Below, piece after piece: positions 9,471 to 18,939 of a stretch of DNA of 64,000 nt. Origin of the DNA: an uncultured delta proteobacterium (GTDB lineage Bacteria; Desulfobacterota; Binatia; Binatales; Binataceae); the NCBI GenBank assembly GCA_963765675.1, contig CAVXXK010000003.1, forward strand, positions 384,001 through 448,000, read 5' to 3'. Every line of letters starts with the position of its first letter. Within the stretch, counting starts at the first letter, position 1. The notes below the pieces were generated by a model. That model saw nothing but the letters and a program-made list of their open reading frames with translations. It searched no databases and was not told the DNA's origin. Both the position numbers and the translations under genes were made by a program.

Positions 9471-10211
9471 ATGCTTCAAGAAAAAACATCGAGCCGCTCC
9501 GTCAGCATAAAAAACATGATTCGCGAGTGTCCGGTGATCGATTTAGGTGCACTCTCCGGGTGCGAACGCGCACAAGCGCTCGAAACCTTTGACGGCATCG
9601 CGGCCGGCGGCGCCTTTGAGATTTCGGCCCGACGCCGGCTCGCTCTGCTCTTCTGCGAATTGCGGGATCGTTTCGGCGCGGGCTTTTATTGGTGGCCACT
9701 CGAACGCGGCCCGCTCGTATGGCGGGTGATGCTGGCCAAGCCGGCGCAGGGAGCACAACCGACGGTTGCAACTGTCATGAGCGCTGATCATCACCGACTG
9801 CACACACTCTGGCGTGAGTTCGAATCTGCGGTCGAACTCTGTCAGATCGAGACTGTTCATCGCCGCTTGGGCGAATTGTCATTGGGACTTAGACGCTACA
9901 TCGACATCGAAGAAGTCGTGTTGTTTCCGCTGCTCGAAGCGCAAACGAGAAGAGATGATGGCAACCTCACTGCCGCGATGCGGTCGCAGCACCGCGAGAT
10001 TGCGCGCCTGCTGGATCAATTCGATAAACTTCGCTTGACGAAGGACTGCGCGTCAATTCTGCAGGCGTTCGATCAGCCGGTAGAGCCGATGGCCGTTTTT
10101 CGGAACCACTACCGCAAAGAGGAAGCAGTCCTATATCCTCTTATGGAGAAGGTGTTCAGCCCGGTTGAAGAGAGGGAGCTTTTGTCACTTATCCAAGCCT
10201 TTGAAATCTAG
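9471..10211 (+). CDS. DUF2249-like + hemerythrin-like protein (paralog of 811-1545); start uncertain
   Basis: DHHRL, YIDIEE..LFP, QHREI, HYRKEEAVLYP; shared F.WWPL and DCA.I.QA segments with 811-1545. Confidence 0.8.
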   Translation: MLQEKTSSRSVSIKNMIRECPVIDLGALSGCERAQALETFDGIAAGGAFEISARRRLALLFCELRDRFGAGFYWWPLERGPLVWRVMLAKPAQGAQPTVATVMSADHHRLHTLWREFESAVELCQIETVHRRLGELSLGLRRYIDIEEVVLFPLLEAQTRRDDGNLTAAMRSQHREIARLLDQFDKLRLTKDCASILQAFDQPVEPMAVFRNHYRKEEAVLYPLMEKVFSPVEERELLSLIQAFEI

Positions 10212-10214
10212 CTC

Positions 10215-10688
10215 ATGCAACTCACGTATTACACAGATTATTCGCTGCGGGTCCTGATGTATCTCGCCATTCGGCGCGACCGCATCGCCAACATCTCGGA
10301 AATCGCGGAGCGTTACGACATCTCGCGCAACCATCTGGTCAAGGTCGTACACAACCTTGCTCGCGGCGGATTCATAAAAAGCCATCGCGGCAAGGGCGGT
10401 GGAATCGAGCTGGCGCGCGATCCCGGACAAATCAACGTCGGCGAGGTCGTGCGCTACACGGAGGGGCCGCTTAAGCCGGTCGAATGCTTTGATGTCGAGC
10501 GAAACCGTTGCGTGATCGCGAATATTTGCGGCCTGGCGGACGCGATCGCGGAGGCGTGCGACAGCTTCTTCAGCACCCTCGATCGCTACACCCTGGCCGA
10601 CCTCGTCAGGCGCCGAGACCGCCTGAACAAAGTACTTGCACCGCGTCCGAAGAGCAGTCAACGCCTATCGGCCGTTGATCATCGATGA
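10215..10688 (+). CDS. nsrR: Rrf2-family NO-responsive regulator NsrR
   Basis: MQLTYYTDYSLRVLMYL, SRNHLVKVV, RGKGGGIELA, three Cys in ECF-x6-C-x5-C. Confidence 0.85.
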   Translation: MQLTYYTDYSLRVLMYLAIRRDRIANISEIAERYDISRNHLVKVVHNLARGGFIKSHRGKGGGIELARDPGQINVGEVVRYTEGPLKPVECFDVERNRCVIANICGLADAIAEACDSFFSTLDRYTLADLVRRRDRLNKVLAPRPKSSQRLSAVDHR

Positions 10689-11046
10689 GATCGGTTGTCT
10701 ATCTCTTCGCGAAGACAAGATGGCGAGATCCGGACCGAGAGCGCCTGCTGAATTTCGCGCAGGACATTCGCGGCTTGACCGGACTCGAACTCTAAAGAGA
10801 ACCTAACTTCGAGAGTTGGGGTGCTTCGTTCGTAACTTTGGAATAAGCCGTATTCCCACCTTATTCCATAGCTCCGCCGGGATCACCCCGGCGAGAACGA
10901 TGCTCTTTGCAACAGCTCGCGACTCTAACAGACTGCCCCCTCCGATTGCTGGACAGTTTGTTCGACAGGTGACGGGGCGGCTCCAGTTAAGATCTCTTCT
11001 ACAGCCGACCCCGCGCGAAGCGCCTTCGCATTCCGGGAAAACTGAG

Positions 11047-11120
11047 TGCCCCGTGCGGGATTCGAACCCACGGCCCCAGGATTAGGAATCCTGTGCTCTA
11101 TCCATCTGAGCTAACGGGGC
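11047..11120 (-). tRNA. tRNA-Arg (anticodon CCT), CCA not encoded
   Basis: GCCCCGTTAGCTCAGATGGATAGAGCACAGGATTCCTAATCCTGGGGCCGTGGGTTCGAATCCCGCACGGGGCA folds as a cloverleaf. Confidence 0.95.
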
Positions 11121-11224
11121 TTGGCGCGTTGCTCAACGATTAGCCGACGCGCACGGGCCGGGCAACGATCGCTAACGGCTTTCGCTATCACGATGCATCG
11201 ATTACAGATCATCGAACGCACGCA

Positions 11225-12374
11225 ATGCTTATCGCTTTAGGCAACGGCTCGCTCGCCTCTTACCCGCCCGGCGGAGGGCATTGGTCGTGGTTCCTGCAAT
11301 ATCCGCTCGGGCTGCGCGCGCTGGGGCATCAGGTGTTCTGGCTCGAGCTTCTGAAAGCCAGCGGCGACCGCGCGCGCGATCTTGCGCTGATCCGCGATTT
11401 CTTTACGCGAATCCGTGCCTACGATCTCGAGAATTGCTGCGCGATTCTGCTGCTCGAAAATCCCGACATTCAGGACCTTGAGCGCGCCGAAGCGTTCGGG
11501 ATGACGCGCGCGGAAATCTCGCGCCGGATCGCCGACGCCGATTTGCTCTGGAGCCTTAGCTGCGCGATTCGCGAGCCGCTGTTGTCGCGCTTTCGCCGCC
11601 GCGTTCTGATCGACACCGACCCCGGCCATCTGCAGGTCTCGGCGCTCGCCTGGGACCTCGGGATAAATCGCCACGACGCGTTCCTGACTGTCGGCGCGAA
11701 GATTCACGATTCCGATTGCGAGGTCCCTACGCTCGGGAGTTCGATGGCGCCCTTTCCTGCCGTTTGTCTATCTGCCGCTCTGGGAGCGGTCGGCGGCGCC
11801 GCCAGCGAGCGCGCCGATCACGTCGATTACGCAGTGGACGTGGGAGGAGCTGCCGTACGAGGGCCGGACGCTCAGCGCGTCGAAGCGCACCGCGTACCTG
11901 CGCTACGCGGAACTGCCGCGTCTCAGCGGACGCGCGTTCGAGCTGGCGGCGAATATTGGCGACGACGATCCGGCGGCAGATCGCGCGACGCTTAAGGCCG
12001 GCGGATGGACGATCGTCGAGCCGCATGCGGTCGCGGCTAACCCTGAAGATTATCGCGGCTATATCCGCCGCTCGCGCGCCGAGATCCTGTGCCCCAAGCC
12101 GATCTACCGCGAACTTCGCACCGGATGGTTCAGCGATCGGAGCGTGTGCTACCTCGCGAGCGGGCGCCCGGTGATCGCGGAAGAGACCGGATTCAGCGAG
12201 CGCGTTGCCTGCCGACGCGGACTGATTTCCTTTACCGATATGGCCGGCGCGATCGAGGCCGTGCGCGGGATCGACGCCGACTACCCGGCGCATAGCGACG
12301 CGGCGCGGTCGCTTGCGTGCGAGTTCTTCGATTCCGCGAAGTGCCTGCCCGCGATGCTCGATGCGTCGGCGTGA
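11225..12374 (+). CDS. Glycosyltransferase-like protein (frameshift ~11735)
   Basis: YPPGGGHWSWFLQY...LIDTDPG; after the shift GWFSDRSVCYLASGRPVIAEETGF (GT-B/CgeB-like C-terminus). Confidence 0.65.
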
Positions 12375-12492
12375 AGCCCGCGAATCGGACCCCGTTTCTC
12401 CGTTTGGCGCGGTGTAATACAAATAGTAGTGCGAGATGCGGCGACGGACTTGATGACTGACGCGCCGTCCGCAGGATCGCAAAGGACATCAG

Positions 12493-13233
12493 ATGGCAAA
12501 TCCCACCCGCCTGATTGCTTGTGGATGCGCAAGTCTCGCGCTGGCGCTGTGCGCTATCGGCGGATCAGCGCGGTTCGCGCGCGCGCAGGACGATTGGCAG
12601 GTGATCGAGCGCCATCCCGATCAGAAGACGCTGGGCGCCGCTTCGAGGACGACTGAGGACGCGGCCCCTGCGGCGAGCGACGGCGTGATCGACGCGTGCG
12701 GAGAGCGGGCGCGTCCCGCGACCGAGCCCTACAAGTCGATCGTCGCGCAGCTCAACGATATGTACGGCACCAGCTATCCGGTTTATGAATCGGTGGCCGA
12801 AATGTCGCCGCACGCGAACAGCAACGGATGCATCTTCTACAACCGCCAGTTCCTGTCGGCGTTGCTCGGCAACTGGATGAATATTACCACCGGCGACGCG
12901 CGCTCGCCGATGCTTTACGCGATTTTCGCGCACGAGGAAGGCCATCTCCAGCACGACGACTTCGCGCCGAGCAATCAATATGTGCCGCAGGAGAGCAAGG
13001 AGCTCGCGGCCGATCAGTTCGCGGGCTACACGATGGAAAGGCTCGGAATCCGCCGCCTCGATCCCGATGAAATCACGAAATACTACCAGCTCACCGGCGA
13101 CGATTTTGTGGGTGCGCACGGCGGCCACGGCACCGGCGAGCAACGCTCGACCGCGTTCCAGGACGGATGGCATCGCGCGGAGGTCGGGCTGCCCGAGGAA
13201 GGCTCGCGTCCCGCGGGCTTCGGCGATCCGTAA
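12493..13233 (+). CDS. Secreted zinc metallopeptidase (M48/neutral zinc type)
   Basis: Signal peptide; AHEEGH, ELAADQFAG, HGTGEQR. Confidence 0.7.
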   Translation: MANPTRLIACGCASLALALCAIGGSARFARAQDDWQVIERHPDQKTLGAASRTTEDAAPAASDGVIDACGERARPATEPYKSIVAQLNDMYGTSYPVYESVAEMSPHANSNGCIFYNRQFLSALLGNWMNITTGDARSPMLYAIFAHEEGHLQHDDFAPSNQYVPQESKELAADQFAGYTMERLGIRRLDPDEITKYYQLTGDDFVGAHGGHGTGEQRSTAFQDGWHRAEVGLPEEGSRPAGFGDP

Positions 13234-13302
13234 CACAAAACGCCTGCGTGCGATTGCGAGCGCGTGCGCCGCGCGTGATAATCGAACTTCAGACGTTTTG
13301 CG

Positions 13303-14304
13303 ATGAGTTCAATACAAGCTGCAAATCCCGTCGCCGCGAGGGTCGCTGAACGCGCGGTTGCGGCGCCCGCGATCGAGGCGAGCGCGCTCGGCTTCAACTA
13401 TGGTGCACGCGCCGCGCTGACCGACGTGTCGTTCTCGATCGCGCGCGGCGAAATTTTCGGATTCCTGGGACCCAACGGCGGCGGCAAAACCACGCTGTTC
13501 AAGCTGCTCTCGACCCTGGTGCCGATTCAGGCCGGACGCGCCCTGATGCTGGGGCATGATCTGGCCGACAACACGATCGCGGTGCGGCGGCGGCTTGGCG
13601 TCGTGTTTCAGCATCCGAGCTTGGACGGGAAGCTGACCGTCGCGGAGAATCTAGCGCATCATGGGCGCCTGTACGGAATCTGGGGACGCAAGCTGCGCGA
13701 GGACGCGGCGGCGGCGCTGAGCAGGCTCGGGCTCGGGGCGCGCGCGAACGATCGCGTCGAGACGCTTTCGGGCGGTTTGCAGCGCCGTGTTGAGCTCGCC
13801 AAGTCGCTGTTGCATAAGCCCGAACTGCTGCTCCTCGATGAGCCGAGCACTGGCCTCGACCCGGCGGCGCGGCGCGAGTTTTCAAACTATCTCGGCCATC
13901 TGCGCGATCGCGACGGCGTGACCGTCGTGCTGACGACGCATTACCTCGAAGAAGCGGAGCGCTGCGATCGGATCGCGATCCTCGACGGCGGGCGGCTGGT
14001 CGCGATGGCGCCGCCCGGAGAGCTCAAGGCGCGAGTCGGCGGCGACGTGGTGGTGATTCGCGGCGCGGCACCGGAGGCGTTGCAGCGCAAGCTGCTCCAG
14101 CGGCTCAAGCTCAGGAGCCAGATCGTCGACGGAACGGTGCGTATTGAGCGTCCGCGCGGACACGAGCTGGTGCGTGAAGTGGTCGAGGCATTCGGCGACG
14201 AGATCGATTCTGTGTCGTTCGGCAAACCAACCCTCGAAGATGTGTTCGTGCATCTGACCGGGCATCAATTTTTCGCGGAACCCGCTGCGGAAGAGGAAGC
14301 GTAG
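13303..14304 (+). CDS. ABC transporter ATP-binding protein (DrrA/NodI-like)
   Basis: GPNGGGKT, LSGG, LLLDEP, TTHYLEEAE. Confidence 0.95.
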   Translation: MSSIQAANPVAARVAERAVAAPAIEASALGFNYGARAALTDVSFSIARGEIFGFLGPNGGGKTTLFKLLSTLVPIQAGRALMLGHDLADNTIAVRRRLGVVFQHPSLDGKLTVAENLAHHGRLYGIWGRKLREDAAAALSRLGLGARANDRVETLSGGLQRRVELAKSLLHKPELLLLDEPSTGLDPAARREFSNYLGHLRDRDGVTVVLTTHYLEEAERCDRIAILDGGRLVAMAPPGELKARVGGDVVVIRGAAPEALQRKLLQRLKLRSQIVDGTVRIERPRGHELVREVVEAFGDEIDSVSFGKPTLEDVFVHLTGHQFFAEPAAEEEA

Positions 14305-14311
14305 CCGCGCG

Positions 14312-15094
14312 ATGGAAATTTTTCTGCAAGCCGGAACTTTATGGTGGCGCGAGATCTCGCGCTTCGTGCGCCAGCGGAGCCGTCTCACCGGCGGCCTTCT
14401 GCAACCGCTCGTTTTCTGGCTGCTGCTCGGCGCGGGACTCAAGGCGTCGTTCAAGCCGAGCGGGATGCCGGCGGGAATGAACTACGCGCAATATTTTTAT
14501 CCCGGCGTGATCGTGATGGTGCTGCTGTTCACCGCGATCTTCGCGACCATCTCCACGGTCGAGGATCGGCACGAGGGTTTCCTGCAGGGCGTGCTGGTTG
14601 CTCCGATCTCGCGGGTCACGGTGGTTCTCGGGCAGGCGCTTGGCGGGACGACGCTTGCGTTGATGCAGGGAATCATTTTTTTGATCCTCGCGCCGTTCGC
14701 GGGAATCCATTTGAGCCTCGCGGCGGTACTCTTTGCGACCGCGATGATGGCGCTGATCGCGTTCACGCTCACCTGCATGGGACTCATCATCGCGTGGCGG
14801 ATCGACTCGACGCAGGGCTTTCACGCGATCATGAATTTGATTCTGCTGCCGATCTGGATTCTGTCGGGCGCATTCTTCCCGGCCGAAGGCGCCCCGGCGA
14901 TTCTGGCCTGGACGATGCGCCTGAATCCTTTGACCTACGGGATGTCGGCGCTGCGGCAGGGCCTCTACCTGGGCGAGCCGGGGATGATTACACGGCTGCC
15001 CGCAATCGATTTTTCCGTGGCGATAACGATCGTCTTTGCGCTGACCGCTTTTGTCGTCGCGAGCCGCGTCGCGCTGCGAGCCTCGACAATCTAA
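14312..15094 (+). CDS. ABC-2 type permease
   Basis: Six TM, LSGAFFP, LNPLTY. Confidence 0.9.
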   Translation: MEIFLQAGTLWWREISRFVRQRSRLTGGLLQPLVFWLLLGAGLKASFKPSGMPAGMNYAQYFYPGVIVMVLLFTAIFATISTVEDRHEGFLQGVLVAPISRVTVVLGQALGGTTLALMQGIIFLILAPFAGIHLSLAAVLFATAMMALIAFTLTCMGLIIAWRIDSTQGFHAIMNLILLPIWILSGAFFPAEGAPAILAWTMRLNPLTYGMSALRQGLYLGEPGMITRLPAIDFSVAITIVFALTAFVVASRVALRASTI

Positions 15095-15747
15095 ATCGAA
15101 TCGAAGTACGGCTCAACGCGGCCCTCGAAGTGAAATTCGCGCGCGAGCGCGACCCATCGGAGATCCTCGCGATGCAACTCGCGCGGCAGATTGTCGAGCG
15201 CGAAGAATCGCGCGTCGAGCGCCTCGAGCGGACTCGGGCGCAACTCCCCGCCTTCGATCGTGCAGTAAAACAGCATCGAGTAGATGTGCCTGCGCGGTGA
15301 GCCGAACTTGCGGCTGTCAATAACCGCCATCAAACGCTCGGGCCTGACGATAAGGCCAGTCTCCTCGCGCGCTTCCTTGGCGACGTTCTCGGCGGGAGAC
15401 AATCCCACGTCGCAAAAGCCGCCTGGATACCACCACTTGCCGGTCGGGCGCTGCATCATCAGGAGTTCGCCGCGCGTGTTGAACGCGATCGCGCCGCATC
15501 CGACGCCGGGCGTGACGTAACCGTCGTAGCCGCCGATCACGTCGTCGCGCCATCGCTTGCGGATTGCGTCCGCGTCGGACGCGCTGCCGTGTGCAATCAC
15601 CGCGCTCAGATGCGCGGCCTCGTGCAGCAGCTCCTCGTAGCGCTCGGAGTCGTAGCCGTCGGGCTTAAAGGCAAGCCCGGTGCGAGCGATTGCGGCCACG
15701 CGTTCGACAAATCTCGCGAGTTCGAGAAACAGCTCCGAGTCCGGCAT
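15091..15747 (-). CDS. NUDIX hydrolase with N-terminal Nudix_N domain
   Basis: AIARTGLAF..YDSERY; PGGFCDVGLSPAENVAKEAREETGL. Confidence 0.9.
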   Translation of the reverse strand: MPDSELFLELARFVERVAAIARTGLAFKPDGYDSERYEELLHEAAHLSAVIAHGSASDADAIRKRWRDDVIGGYDGYVTPGVGCGAIAFNTRGELLMMQRPTGKWWYPGGFCDVGLSPAENVAKEAREETGLIVRPERLMAVIDSRKFGSPRRHIYSMLFYCTIEGGELRPSPLEALDARFFALDNLPRELHREDLRWVALAREFHFEGRVEPYFDSI

Positions 15748-15761
15748 CGATACTCCTATGG

Positions 15762-15935
15762 CTAGCGAAATTCGCGGGCCGGTACGCTGCTGAACAGGTC
15801 GTGAAAAGCGCTCAGCACTTTTCCGATCGCGAGGATGATGTAGGCCAGGATTCCGAGCGCGACGATCAGCACGATCGCGCCCGCGATGATTCCGATTATC
15901 GCGGCGATCACGGACAGAACGATCGAATGGCTCAT
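15762..15935 (-). CDS. Small single-TM protein (57 aa)
   Basis: MSHSIVLSVIAAIIGIIAGAIVLIVALG... fills the gap between co-oriented genes. Confidence 0.5.
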   Translation of the reverse strand: MSHSIVLSVIAAIIGIIAGAIVLIVALGILAYIILAIGKVLSAFHDLFSSVPAREFR

Positions 15936-15960
15936 GCCGTAACTATAGCAGCGTGCGCGC

Positions 15961-17046
15961 TCAACGGTGCGATGAATTGCACACCGACCAGGCCGCATCC
16001 GCCAGCGCCGGCACCCGCTCGACCAGTCCGGCGAAGAGGGGATCGTCAGCCTGCCCGCGCACGAAGCGCGAGTAGCTGCCCTCCATGATGATCGCGAGCT
16101 TGAAGATCGCAAAAGCCTGGTAGAAGGCGAAGTCGCTCATGGTGCGGCCGGTTTTGCTTTCGTAGCGCGCGATCATCTCGCGCCGCGGAAGCCATCCGTC
16201 CTCCGCCGCCATGCTCGAAACGATCGCGCTGCGGGAGTTTGCGTCGGCCGGATCCGGCCAGTAGGTCAGCATCCAGCCGAAGTCCGCGAGCGGATCTCCG
16301 ATCGTCGACATCTCCCAGTCGAACACCGCGAGCACCTGCGCTTTGCGCGGATCCCACATCACGTTGTCGAGCTTGAAATCGCCGTGCACGATCGTCGCCG
16401 GCGGCGAGGCCGGCAATCGATCACGCAGCCAATCGCGGACTTTCTCCATCACCGGAAGCGGACGGGTATACGGCAGCGTGCGCTCGAGCTGATCGACCCA
16501 GCGCTTTAGCTGGCGCTCGAGGTAGCCGTCGGGACGCCCGAAACCCTCAAGGCCCGCCTTTCGCCAATCAACCGACTGGAGCGCGATCAACAGATCGACC
16601 ATCCCCTCGCTGACCTTGCGGCGCAATTCCGGGGTGTTGGCGAAATGCTTTCCGTCGGCGCGAATTACCTCGCCGCGCATGTACTCCATCAGATAGAACG
16701 GCGCGCCGATGTACGACGCGGCGTCGCATCCGGCGTACACACGCGGCACCGGCACGACGGTATTCTGTAGCGCCTTCAGTACCCGATACTCGCGCATCAC
16801 GTCGTGCGCGGTGGGCAGCAAGGGTCCGCGCGGCGGGCGCCTGAGAGCCCACGAGTTGCCGGCGAAGTGGACCAGATGAACCTCGTTGGAATGTCCGAAC
16901 GAGATATTCTCGCATCGAAGGCCTGAGGGATCGCCGAGTTTGCGGTCGATGATGAAGCGGGCGAGACCGTTTAGATCGACGGTCGCATTCGGACCGGTCT
17001 TTTCGGCCACGGCTTCGCCAGGATTGCGCGGAAGTTCGGTGCTCAT
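15961..17046 (-). CDS. Phosphotransferase family protein (APH/ACAD10-like)
   Basis: LRRPP...AHDVMREY, HGDFKLDN, FDWEMSTIGDPLAD. Confidence 0.9.
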   Translation of the reverse strand: MSTELPRNPGEAVAEKTGPNATVDLNGLARFIIDRKLGDPSGLRCENISFGHSNEVHLVHFAGNSWALRRPPRGPLLPTAHDVMREYRVLKALQNTVVPVPRVYAGCDAASYIGAPFYLMEYMRGEVIRADGKHFANTPELRRKVSEGMVDLLIALQSVDWRKAGLEGFGRPDGYLERQLKRWVDQLERTLPYTRPLPVMEKVRDWLRDRLPASPPATIVHGDFKLDNVMWDPRKAQVLAVFDWEMSTIGDPLADFGWMLTYWPDPADANSRSAIVSSMAAEDGWLPRREMIARYESKTGRTMSDFAFYQAFAIFKLAIIMEGSYSRFVRGQADDPLFAGLVERVPALADAAWSVCNSSHR

Positions 17047-17183
17047 GACCGCTATTTTCTTTCCGGTTTGGGTCTGCCCGTCAAGCGCGGCGAAAGAGAA
17101 GAGCTTGCGCGGATCGGGCCTCGCGCCGCCGCATGCTCGCGCCGGCGCGAGGACCTAAGCTTCCGCGTCCTCTCCCAGACGCC

Positions 17184-17834
17184 TCAGTATCGCCGGGCTC
17201 CATAGCGGAACGCGCGGACTCGTGAACCGCGCGAAATTCTTGCGCTAACGAAAATCGCTGCGCCAAAACATAGTGCGACCAGCGCGGCGAATGCCCCCGC
17301 ACCGGCCAGCAGCGGAAGATTGGAATTCAAACTCACAGCGGGAGCGTCGGAGGAGGATGGCAACAGAGAATCCACGGTCGCCGCGAGAGCGTGCTCCGCG
17401 GCAACGGCCTGGTCGATCAGATCATCCGCGCTCGCTTGTATCTGGGGAGCCGATGCGGTGTCGAAAATGACTCGCATCCGCGTAAGCGCTTCGTTCAATG
17501 CGTGGGCAAAAAATCCGTCCACATCAAAATCGGCGCCCCGCTTAACCGGAGATTCGGAGGCGACTCCCGAATGTTTGACGATTCCCCGCGCCGCATGCAT
17601 ATGACGCGCGCCAAAAGCGTTAATCGCGGGCGCTTGCGCCGTCTTTTCTGAAACCGGCGTGCTCTGGACTGGGAGCAACCCGTCGCCGTTAGCGAGCAGC
17701 ACAGACACCAAGGCAGCGCCGAACAGGAGCTGAGCCGCCTGGCGCACGCGCCCTCTGTTCAGGTATCGGCGCGCAGCTCGGGGAACACCCTTGACCCGTG
17801 ATTCGAATTCGCGCTGCGTCATATCGTTAACCAC
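17184..17834 (-). CDS. Hypothetical membrane protein
   Basis: Two hydrophobic segments; strong promoter upstream. Confidence 0.5.
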   Translation of the reverse strand: MVNDMTQREFESRVKGVPRAARRYLNRGRVRQAAQLLFGAALVSVLLANGDGLLPVQSTPVSEKTAQAPAINAFGARHMHAARGIVKHSGVASESPVKRGADFDVDGFFAHALNEALTRMRVIFDTASAPQIQASADDLIDQAVAAEHALAATVDSLLPSSSDAPAVSLNSNLPLLAGAGAFAALVALCFGAAIFVSARISRGSRVRAFRYGARRY

Positions 17835-17855
17835 CGGACGCGTTTGGATGGGATA

Positions 17856-17884
17856 ACTCTACTATTAGTAGTAAAATATGTCAA
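17856..17884 (-). promoter_or_regulatory. Candidate sigma70 promoter with palindrome in spacer
   Basis: TTGACA-N17-TAGAGT on minus strand; TACTA-N4-TAGTA at 17860-17873; AT-rich patch. Confidence 0.55.
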
Positions 17885-18014
17885 ATAAGGGACTGAAGGT
17901 CATAAGACCCCTTGAGCGGTTTTAAGACTGCCCTGCAAAACCGGGCACGCGAGGCCGCGTTTGCGAAGAGACCGGCTTGCGCCGCCCGAGCACGCGCCTA
18001 TACAAAAGACACCG

Positions 18015-18939
18015 ATGGACCGCGCGGCAGACGTAGTGGGTGCGGAAGGAAAGGCGACGAGCCGCGGAAAAATAGCGGCGCTGATCGCGCTCGCGCGGCC
18101 ATATCAATGGATCAAGAACGGTCTCGTGCTCGCCGCGTTGGTCTTCAGCCAGCGCCTGTTCGAGTTCAGATACGCCGCGATGGCGGCGGCGGCGACGGTA
18201 GGATTCTGCGCGCTCTCGAGTACTCGCCTACATCATCAACGATATCGCTGACCGCGAGGCCGATCGGCTGAATCCCGAGAAGCGCGATCGTCCGCTGGCG
18301 TGCGGCGATATCGAGGTAAGCGAGGCGGTGCGGTTCGCGATCGTGCTCGGAGTCATCGCGGCGGTTATCGCGCTCTCGCTCGGCCGCGGGTTCGCCGGCG
18401 TGGCGATTTTGTACCTCGCGCTGCAGTTCGTCTACTCGACGTGGGCCAAGCGCGAGGTTGTCATCGACGTGATCGCGGTCGCGATCGGATTCGTGCTGCG
18501 CGCGTTCGCGGGCGGCGTCGCGATCGGAGTGTACGTATCGCCCTGGCTCGCGTTCATCACCTTCGTTCTGGCGTTGCTGCTGGTGCTCGGGCGGCGGCGT
18601 CACGAGCTGATCGCGCTCGGCGACGGCGCGACGGCGCATCGCGGTGCACTGGCGCAGTACAGCGTGCGGCTGGTCGATCAGATGATCTCGATCGTCGCGG
18701 GCGCGACCCTGGTCAGCTACATGATCTACACCGCCTCGGCAGAGGTCGAGACGAAGCTGGGCACGAGCCATCTTTATCTGACGGTTCCGTTCGTCGCCTT
18801 CGGGATCCTGCGTTACCTGTACCTGATCGACGAGCGCAACGAAGGCGGCGACCCCGCCCGCCTGCTGATCGGCGACAAACCTCTGCTGGTGTGCGTGATT
18901 CTATGGATCGCAGCAGATCTCGTGCTGCTCTATTTCTAG
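18015..18939 (+). CDS. Decaprenyl-phosphate phosphoribosyltransferase (UbiA family), frameshift ~18220
   Basis: RPYQWIKNGLV, YIINDIADREADRLNP.KR.RPLA.G, GFVLRAFAG, RYLYL..GGDP. Confidence 0.85.

Noticed and set aside
10816-11085. ORF next to the tRNA as integrase remnant
   Set aside because: Overlaps the tRNA antisense and shows no recombinase motifs
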